Shown piece after piece: positions 53,530-64,000 of a stretch of 64,000 bases of DNA. A program made the translations under genes and the position numbers. The notes beneath the pieces were generated by a model. The model did no database searches, had not been told where the DNA came from, and saw nothing but the letters and a program-made list of their open reading frames with translations. The DNA lies in the NCBI GenBank assembly GCA_964016885.1, contig OZ024755.1:23684001-23748000 (forward strand). The letters run 5' to 3'. This stretch comes from Eledone cirrhosa (taxonomy: Eukaryota). The stretch's first letter is position 1. Each line of letters opens with the position of its first letter.

Positions 53530-54539
53530 CTTGATGGAAGAATTAAGTAAAAAACGAATACAAAATAACTTTAAAATTCCCTATGTTTAAATTCAGTTAG
53601 TTTATATAACTATTTCACTTCCACTTACATAGTATATAATTTGAAATGTGAAATAGTTAATTTAAAGGGTTAGCTCATAGAAATCATAGTATATGACTCA
53701 ATGTTTTTAAACTTTGGTTACAACTTACTCTATATTTTAACTAAAGCTCATATGATTAAAAACGTTTCATCCTTTTGAGAACCTAAGAATTATTTGTTAT
53801 AAAATACACATCAAATTTCTGTAGATATATGTCAATTTGTTTCAATCAAATGTTTAAATATCAATCATTATTTTACAGTTAAATATATGAAAACAACAAA
53901 TATAAATGTAGAATAAATATTAGTCAATTTAATTATAAATAAAGATATATTTAATATCATTATTAATATTATGTTATCGATATCATAAATATCATAACTG
54001 ATTTATTTGGTTAAATATTATTCATTAAAAAAATATTTATTTTAAAAATATGTAATTATCAATTACTTCCAATAAAATTTACTAAATATCTAGAATTAAT
54101 AATTGTGCTGCTAACACTGGCAGTGATTATAGATTTTTGTATATCTAAACATAAATTGGTAAAGTTCTTCTTAAGCATTAGTTAATTAAAAAGTAAATTG
54201 GAGAACAGTTACTGTTTACTTTCTAAAAGTTTATGACATTTATAGTCCTTTCCTCTACTTTCCCATACAATTAGATCTACTCTTTTTTACTCTTTCCCCC
54301 TTTTCTCATTACTAAATTTTGTTTTGATATGTCTTTTACATATTTTGAAATTATAAATGACCTTTAAGCCAACTTTGTGAGTTTAATTTGAATAAAATTA
54401 TACACACACCCTTAAAATAATGTTCCTCACTATATATACATACACACTCACACCCATATATCATACACATACTCACACACGTTTTTCCTTACACACATGT
54501 GCAAACAATGTTAAAATTTAACGTTTTTTTTATTCATTC

Positions 54540-54830
54540 AAATTCAATTGATCAGCCACCCACATTTCTCAGGTTTCTTTCCGAGCCACCCCAACAGATT
54601 CCCCTTGATAATGGATGGTAAATCTGAAAATATTTGTGATCATTAAAATTGCTAAGGTAAGTTTCTATCATTCTCACTCTTTTATCTTTTCATCTATTTT
54701 CTCAAATTCTTTTTACTTATCTCACACACATTGTCGGGCTTCCAAATAACCAAACTTATTTCCTAGTTATATTTGTATTTCATATTCCACAATGCTTCAA
54801 GCAAACTACAACACTTTAAATATATATATA
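54540..54830 (+). mobile_element. Near-complete short non-autonomous Penelope-like element (HHR, splice donor, pyrimidine tract, tail, (TA)n)
   Basis: U3-A8 HHR at 54601, ctaag|gtaagt at about 54656, tail caatgcttcaagcaaactac shared with about 8998 and 23939. Confidence 0.55.
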
Positions 54831-56739
54831 TTTATTCATGGATTATAACTATGCAATATACCGGAATCACATAGTAAAGAATTAAAACATTTATTTGTGA
54901 GAATATTTTGCCAGCAATTTAGTTATCTATGCTGTACAGATGATTTTGCACATCTAATAAGTTATACTCGCTGTTAAGTTATTAATAAGTATTCACTAGT
55001 TCTTTCACCTCCTCAAATGATGTAAAATTTATTCTATTTAACTCATTAGCATTTACATTATATATACTATTATAATTTTGTGCTAAAGGCTTTACCTCAT
55101 ATAATTATCTCACATAATATCGAATCTATGAGCTTTTGATATTATTTATTTTGAGAACAATACCTTAACATCAGTATCAGTGGCTGGTTACAGCCAGTTT
55201 GAACAAAAAGAGGTGAGAGAATTCTGGCCAGATATGGCCTGCTTAAATGCTAAAGGGTTAACTATCTCTCTGTTGTGAAGCTGAAGTTCTATATCACCGT
55301 TTTATGTCTTTTTGATTTTTTTACCACGGGATTTGCCTATGATATATTGAAATGTCTATATCTGCATCCTAAGATTTTATAATATTTCAGTTCCTGAAGA
55401 TCTCTTGAAAGAGTGAAAGCAGACATAAACTCGCATATTTGACAAGATGTTGAAAAAGAGTTAGGCCTTGTCATCTTGATTGTACCCAGAGATGATCAAT
55501 ATTGAAACATTTGTAATATGCTACAACCCTGACTTTGATTCTACTTAATCTATTTACACTACAGCTGCCTTAAATCTTGGATACAACCCACATGAGACGG
55601 ACCTTGTAACAACATTAAGTTCTTTGAACGGAACGCCACCTGTAACTGTAGTTACACACCTAGCCAATACATACACACACACTTATATACAAGTTCATAC
55701 ATAAATATATATGTCCCCAGCTTATTCAAAGAAAATACAAGTCTTGAATAAAAGAGATACTAAAATATTTAAATACAACAATTTAAAGGCCAACAATTAG
55801 CTATAACCAAGGTTAATAGGAAATCTTTCATTAACTTTTATATTAACTAAAAAAGAGTATTGAACATCTTTGTAATCTATTTTAACAACCTACACTCTAA
55901 ACCATGTTGAGCATAAAAAGTTAAAATGACACCTCTTGGAGATATATAAATGTCATAAGTGAGTTTAAAAACACATCTCAATTATTTTGTAACTTTCAGA
56001 AGTATATAGCATTAACTAAATGACTAGAGAGAAACTTTACCAAGAAGTTAGTATGTAGTAAAAATATACTATATAATTACTTATGCATTAAGTTTATAAT
56101 TACACTTTATAAAGCAAGTGTTATGCAATAAGTAAAATATAATCATTATGATTTTAAATATTGCTATTTGGAAATAGAAAAATAAAAAAAAACTTTTTTG
56201 AAAATTAAACAGTTGAAATACTTAAATCTATAATTTCTTCATAAAAATCTTTTAAGTGCTTTCTGTTAGTTGTGTGTTTGAACTAAAAGCTAGTAACAAG
56301 TGACTGTGCATTGCTTCAATCCAAACTAAGTCCCTTACACAAATAACTTTCAAGGTTTACCCAGCATGCAATATTATATTAATAACCTTAGTAGTGATCA
56401 ACTGGGCCCAGATAATTTTAATAAGCATTTTGTATAGCCAGCAGTGTGCTAGAAGAAATCTAATAGAAAGAAAAAAAGCTTTGTGGATAATAAAGTTTAG
56501 TAGTTTTGAAAATTATAGAAAAATGTTTTCCAAAAAAACCCAAAAGCAAATAGTAAATCTATTTTTCTCCAAATAGAAATAAAGGAAAAATACAAAGGAA
56601 AATTATAAATAAATGACAGACAAGGAAGATGAAACTATTAAAAAGAATATATAAATCAAAGACAAAAAAATGTTTAAAATTTGCTATGGTGATTCTTAAA
56701 TAGATGGATTTTTGTTAATTTCTTTTAACTTTTTCATAA

Positions 56740-57370
56740 TATTCAGTCGACATTTCAGCCATGACTATCTAACAATTGTTTAGTGATACTGTGGTTAGAA
56801 TGATATTATGTAAACTATATTTCCTTTATTAAGATGGTTAATTTAAAGGAGAATTGGCTGCTATTGTTAACAAATCAAGCAACAATGTAGAAGCTTCTTT
56901 ATTGGCACACAAAGGCTTCCAATTTCTTTGGTAAGAATTTTTATTAAGTTGTTTAATTGGAGATTCTGTTGTTATTCTATTCACCTCAAAAATGAAATGA
57001 CAAAATTCTGGAATGTTTGGGTTAGATTCAATCAAGTTCATTTTCAGTTGTCAATAGTAAGTTGATATCTTCATAATTTAATAAACCCAGTTTTCAAGAA
57101 AGGCTGGATAACCTTGAACTTCGTAGAGAAAAGTATTCTTATTTCGTTCAAGAATAATAGAGTTTATGTAGCTCAACATTTACAATGACAAGCATATAAT
57201 AGAGAAGTTTCCAAATCCCTTGGCAAAATATAAGCGCAAATAAATTAGTTAAAGGTTGAAATGTATTTATTCAAGATACCTTTGCTCTTAAGATAATTCA
57301 TTTTTAAAAACTATTGTGCTCTAAATTTTCTTGATATGAAACCTGTTTTACAGGAAATGAGCACTGATAA
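56740..57370 (-). pseudogene. Possible very decayed 3' end of a Penelope-like ORF
   Basis: Fragments NEIRILFSTKFKVIQPF and ...LLDLLTIAANSPLN* loosely resemble the PLE linker and GIY-YIG C-terminus (..P.LN); HHR-like GAAatgtC just downstream. Confidence 0.3.
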
Positions 57371-57986
57371 AAATTTGGAGAATGAATTATGAGGATAGTA
57401 TTAAAAGATAATTTCTTTAGGTAAATATCCCCCCCCCCCCCCCCCTCCCTGAAATTGCATTTTTTTTTCCTATAAGAAAGAAATTTTCTGTAAATTTCAG
57501 TCTAGATAATTTTTTTCTGGAAAAAGCTGTGAGGACTCTAATGAATAGTCGTCTGTATATATTATATGAACATTTGATATTCATATTTAGGAAAAGAATA
57601 AATAACATATCTATATAAATGATTATTTTGTACATAGACTAAGTGTTTTAAGTCTACAGGAGAAAAAAAAAAGTATTGTGTGCATTGGTGTTTATCACAT
57701 TAGCCATTAATAATGTATAAGAATTATAATGAAAGAAAATAAATAAATAAAAAGAAATATATATATATGCATATTATATATATACATATATATATATTAT
57801 ATGAATATATATTATATGTATATATATTATATGTATATATATCATATGAATATATATTATATAATTATATATTATATATATAAATATATATTATATGTAT
57901 ATACCATATATATATATATAAATATATATTATATGTATATATATATATACCATATATATATATTATATATATATATATACCATATA

Positions 57987-58030
<44 letters not shown>

Positions 58031-58964
58031 AATATATATTATATGTATATATATATATCATATATATATATATATCATATATATATATCATAATAATAAA
58101 GCCAATATTATAAGGAATAACGTGAATAGTAATTATTAATAAATGACATTTTAATTTTACACAAATACTAATCTAACTAATTATATGACGACAATCAAAA
58201 TTACACATGTACACAGTTTATATTAAGGTTGACAAAAACATCTTTTGCTAGAAGATATTGTTTCTGTTTTGTTAGGGTGTTATGTCATATTTTCAGTTGG
58301 GGTTAGTTCCCTTGAAAAGTACTTAACTGTGCTTCACGAAAAAAAGTTATTTACTCCTAAAATGCAATGTTGGGATTAGAAGATCTAGGATTTGAACTAG
58401 GCATACAAATAAATAACATCATTATCAGTTTTACATTTATGATGATGTAGTGTGACTAAGAAGTTTGCTTCACACCTACATGGTTTCAGGTTCATTTCCA
58501 ATGTGTGGTACCTTGGGCAAGTGTCTGTTACCATGATCTCAGCTGGACAAATGTCTTGTAAGTGGAATTTAGTAGATGCATTTGTACAGGGAGTTGAGGG
58601 ATCTAGACCAATTCAGGCAAACTTTGATAGGAAAAGAATGAAGGGGAGTCAGATCAGAAGACCAAGATGGCCACTCATTTCTACACCCATCGTCTGAGAA
58701 AGGTTTCAGATAAAAGAATTCCTCACAGTAATAGAAAATTATTGTAGAATATTATTGTATTGTGACTACATTCTACACGGCTTTTCACAAAAAAAATGTT
58801 TTTTAATTTAAAGAGAAGAGTGGATTTTAATATATGTATGATTTTATTGTTACATTATTCTCAAAGAATATTGAACTATTAATCTTTCATGAAATATCCC
58901 AGCTCAAATTATAATTCTTGGATCATAAGATAAAATAAAATCCATACTATTGAAGACTTCTGAG

Positions 58965-59490
58965 CCTGTCTGTATGGATGTGTGTCAGATTGGAGTATCA
59001 TGAGAAATACAAAGCTAACTGTGTATGAGGCTTGTTTTCTTACAGCCCTGCTTTTGGATGTGAAACATGGACAACCTACAGGAAGCTGGAAAAATTTCAT
59101 CAGCATTGTATCCGACACATCCTGAACATAAAGTGGTCCTCTTACATACCTGATACTGATGTACTTGAGAAAGTGGGCAGCATCAGTATTGAGAGGGGGT
59201 ATTATTATGAACCAGATGCATTGGCTGGTCCTGTGATCAGGATGGAAGGTTTCCTAAACAGTTATTTTATGGGAAGCTGACCAGAGGAAAAAGGCCTCAG
59301 TAAAAACCAAAGAAACATTATAAGAATGTCATAAAAGACAATCTTAAAGCTCTGAAGATTGATACGGAGAACTGGGAGAGACTGGCTGAAGGCTTTACAT
59401 CATGGAGAAAGATCATCAAATATGGATGTGATGTCTTTGAGAAAAAGCGAGTGGAGAATGCTGTATTGAAGCATTCACTTTGTAAATAGG
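58965..59490 (+). mobile_element. RTE/BovB-like LINE 3' fragment
   Basis: TKLTVYEA, GCETWTTYR, FHQHCIRHILNIKW, KDNLKALKIDTENWE. Confidence 0.85.
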
Positions 59491-60431
59491 ACCCAAGATA
59501 TGTATGCATATATCATCATCATTACTGTTTAATGTCCATTTTCCATGATGGTGATGAAAATAATTGTTTCTACTTTTGGCACAAGGCCAGCAATTACCCA
59601 GCACATTACTGGTACTTTATTTTATCGACCCCGTAAGGATCAAAGGCAAAGTTAACCTTGTGATGATGGTGATGAAAATAATGATACATATATATATACA
59701 AACAAAACATTAAATATCCTATATCAGTTGTATATAAATGAAACATTTTAATTTTAATCTCATAAATAGTTATATCAATTTCGAGAATGCAGAAAATCGG
59801 TCAATGTCCTTTAAGGCCCTAGCATGGCCTCAGCCCCTCGGTTGGAACACAAATAAATAAATAAGCATTTATCAAACTCATATAGATTTTCCTTATATTC
59901 CTATATTTATGCAAGTCTTCACACATACATATACATTTAGTACCCTTTTGAAATCTAAAGTTAATCTATAAAGGAATCAAAACATTCAAGAACACAGTTG
60001 CCAGAACGTATACATTGTTAACCTTCTGGGCACTGTAGGCGATTTATGTCACCAATAGAGTAAATCTCCCCTTAATACATAATACAGTGTCAAGGGAAGC
60101 AATTCATAAAAATATTCAGCATGCTAAAGATTAATAATGATTTCTACTACATGGACAAACCAATGATTTCTGGAGGGAGGAGAAGTCGATTAGATCAAGC
60201 CCAATGCATTACAAAAGGATATGTCTAGCTCAAGGACACACAGCAACATGACCAGGAATCGAAGCCACAACCTATTGATTATGAGCACAACATCCGATAC
60301 ACATACTTTTACGAGGATTTGAATTGAGGGGAAATTTGGCAGATTACTGGCAGATCAAATGACTGCATAGAAGCACCCATATTGACTAAACTGAAATTGT
60401 GTATGTTGTTTCATTGGGAAATGAAGCAGAG

Positions 60432-60525
60432 ATTAATGTTTTGGCCACTGAACTTTGTCAGAGGAAAGAAGTATTCCATTCCATTCCTGTATTCCTCTGA
60501 TGAAGTGATCTGCCTGAAATATTAG
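60432..60525. ncRNA. Divergent pair of minimal hammerheads (intact + copy 60495-60525; decayed - copy 60432-60464)
   Basis: + strand: ct CTGATGA ag-tgatctgc-ct GAA atat T ag. - strand: cct CTGACAA ag...cc AAA acat T aatc. Confidence 0.55.
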
Positions 60526-60706
60526 TCACTATAACAACATCTATAACATCTTCAGCTGAACAGCAATAGCATCAAATTCTTCTTAACACAAACTATCACT
60601 AAAGTAATTCTACTGATTATTATGTATCAAACACACACATATGTGTATATATTATGTATCATCATCATCTTTAACATCCACCTTCCATGCTAACATGGGT
60701 AGGACA

Positions 60707-60791
<85 letters not shown>

Positions 60792-61596
60792 TGTTATATT
60801 TTGGGATGGTCATGTTGCCAATATTGCCAATAAAAAGAATCCTATCAAGAATCTTGCAGAACAAATAAATATATATATATGTATATATATACATACATTG
60901 ATACACACACACATATATACATGAGGCACATGAAATGTAATATTAACTGATACAAAAGAAAATGCAATTTAAAGAGAAAATAAGACAGCCCACAGTTGGA
61001 AGTAAACCAAGCATGTCATGACAGACACTGAGATATGATACACTTTGAACTATGTTTACTTATGTAGATCAGAAATATCATAACACTCAGCACCACCTCC
61101 ACACATATGTACTCATACGTTTATATGTTATAATCATTCTATACATGTTATTTTTATCTAAAATGTATGCATGTGTATATATATATATATATACAGACAC
61201 ATATATATACATATGTATATATATATATATATACAAACACACACACATATGTATATGTGTATATATATATATATACATATATATATATGAGAAGATCCCG
61301 TTAAGGGTGAAAGCAGCGATTCTTTGCTTAAACTTTAATCTGTTATTTTAATAAATATATATATATATATATATATCATGTTTAATTTAGAAATGGCGTC
61401 TACAGGACTAGAACTGTTTCATTCAAAAGAAATCACGATTTCTTTTGAACGAAACAGTTGCAGTCCTGTAGACGCCATTTCTATGTTAAACATAATATTT
61501 ATACTCTCTAAATGTATTGAGTACCTTACTATCTGTGGTTGATCCTGATTGAACCTGAGAGTTCAATATATATACACACACACATATATACATATG

Positions 61597-61677
<81 letters not shown>

Positions 61678-61712
61678 ATATAAGATCAAAAGATGGTTAA
61701 ATGAGTTCCATG

Positions 61713-61783
61713 TATTTTATTATGCGCATTTCAAAAACAAATATCATCATGCAATAACATTTGTGTTTTCATCAGATAAAATA
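61713..61783 (-). ncRNA. Type I hammerhead ribozyme, intact core, Penelope-type palindromic stem III
   Basis: Minus strand: tattttat CTGATGA [16-bp stem II, one mismatch] GAA atgcgcat A ataaaata; perfect 8-bp stem I. Confidence 0.85.
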
Positions 61784-61976
61784 GGAGGACATGATATGAA
61801 GGTTAAAAAACACTTGTGGATAGTGCAGTTTTAAATCAACATATGTGTATACATATTATGTATACTCCAGTCCTACAAACTGTAGAGTGCTTCTTATCCG
61901 ATATCTGCATTGCTTTATTGTACTACAATAAAACTCACCTCCTACATATATATATATTATATATATATATATATAT

Positions 61977-62007
<31 letters not shown>

Positions 62008-62090
62008 CCACACATATATACATATGTATATATATATATATATGTGTATTATATATATATATATATATACAGACACACACACATATGTAC

Positions 62091-62139
<49 letters not shown>

Positions 62140-62386
62140 CACACACACATATATACATATGTATATGTATATATATATACATATATACATATGTATATAT
62201 ATATACACATATACATATATATATATATATACACATATACATATATATATAGTATCCGGATACTATCCAGGAGCTTCCAACCGACATGGTCGCATTCTTT
62301 AAGGGTATGTCAATATTTGTTTATAAAATATTGACATACCCTTAAAGAATGCGACCAATATTTGTTTATAAAACTGATCTATATTA

Positions 62387-62451
62387 TATTTTATCTGATG
62401 AAAGTGCACCATAATTTGCTTTGGTGTCCTTGAAATATGTATAATGAAATA
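62387..62451 (+). ncRNA. Type I hammerhead ribozyme, intact core
   Basis: tattttat CTGATGA aagtgcacca-loop-tggtgtcctt GAA atatgtat A atgaaata; all three stems form. Confidence 0.8.
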
Positions 62452-62759
62452 AATATGGTTTTATAAATATAGTTTCCATATTGTATTTATACTCCAATAA
62501 TTTGTTGAGTGCTTTATATCAGTTATAAAAATATTTGCTTGTTGTATCCCAACAAATTAAATATAACTTCTACATATATATAGGAATGAGATGATAGGGA
62601 CTGGGGTCCCTATCATCTCATTTCTACAGCTGAGTAAACTGGAGCAATGTGAAATAAAGTGTCTTGCTCAACGAAACAACACATCACCTGTTCTGAGAAT
62701 TGAACTCACAACCTTTCGATTGCAAGGCAAATGCTCTAACCACTAAGCCATGTGCCTCC

Positions 62760-63044
<285 letters not shown>

Positions 63045-63045
<1 letters not shown>

Positions 63046-63442
63046 GTAGACTGGAGTGAAATGAAGCAAGCATGCTCTGTTGGAAGTGCAATGTAAGTGT
63101 GAGAGAGGCAAAACTTCAATGGGTTGAGGGAGCAGCTGGCTTTAAGAGGAATTCGAGATGGTGTGCAGGTGAGAAGACTGCATGGGCTTGGACATGTGAT
63201 GCACATGGACAATGATCGTTTCATGAAGAAATGCCAGTGAAAGTCGTGATAGAGGTAGACCAAGAAAGACTTGGGCACAGGTTGTGAGAGCTTATCTCAA
63301 ATCACTGAAACTCACAGAGGTGATGACAAAGGATCAGGACGTGGAGAGATGCCATGTTGAGAAGGAGTTGTCTAACCCATGCAGGCATGGTTTTTACGTC
63401 TGCTTCTCCATGCCTGCATGGGTTAGACAACTCCTTCTCAAC

Positions 63443-63445
<3 letters not shown>
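63045..63445 (+). mobile_element. Decayed RTE LINE 3' fragment with inverted tail piece
   Basis: Similar to 40020-40390; ttgtctaacccatgcaggcatgg is inverted at 63367-63431. Confidence 0.75.
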
Positions 63446-63490
<45 letters not shown>

Positions 63491-64000
63491 TCATCATCAT
63501 CATCATCATCAACGTTTAACGTCCGTGTTCCACGCTTGCATGGGTTTGGACGGGGGTAGTCCCACTTGAAGCAAGAGTGATTGTCTTGCTCGCATAGGAC
63601 TGTCTGGCAGGTTTTCTACAGTTGGATGCCCTTCCTAACACCAACCACATTTACAGTGTGGGTCTGGGAGGTTTTTACCGTGTTGCCTACACGGCCACAT
63701 TACAGCATGGACTGTGTGTTTTTTTGTCGTGACACCGACACGATCTCATTTGTTTCGGCCTGGATGGCGCGGCACCAACATAACTTTACATAGAACGGGG
63801 TGGTGTGGATGGGGTGGGGGGTGGGGGGGTGGGGGTGGGGGGGGGTGTATATTGTTAGAGATGCCTACTGGCTGTAGTAGGTTTTACTATGTATTTAGGT
63901 AAGGCGGGTCTTCTCTGTTACTATATATATATTCACAATTGCAATGTCAATCTGTATCTGCATCTCATGACTATGGGTAAAGCTTTTGACACACTTTAGG

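Noticed and set aside
43000-57600. Conserved bilaterian or molluscan miRNA cluster
   Set aside because: No mature miRNA sequence I remember was seen; novel miRNAs cannot be excluded by eye.

Overview
AT-rich, microsatellite-dense animal genomic DNA. The repeat repertoire (tRNA-headed SINEs, RTE LINEs with a Cys/His finger, Dong/R4 and CR1-like fragments, very long (TA)n) looks like an octopod cephalopod; this is an inference. Most of the window appears intronic to a minus-strand gene. One convincing 150-nt coding exon (9405-9554) resembles, from memory, invertebrate Stac-like adaptors; there is also a candidate 21-nt microexon (1640-1660) and several weaker exon candidates. Nearly all ORFs in the supplied track are microsatellite artefacts or decayed transposon fragments. 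The most striking unexplained signal is about 25 intact or decayed type I hammerhead ribozyme (HHR) motifs from several unrelated sequence families. They sit in short non-coding elements next to (TA)n tracts, often as fold-back inverted pairs, often followed by a GT splice donor, and end in one of two shared 3' tail motifs. This is the architecture expected of non-autonomous Penelope-like/retrozyme-like elements. All structures were folded by eye, coordinates are approximate to a few bases, and no search was run.
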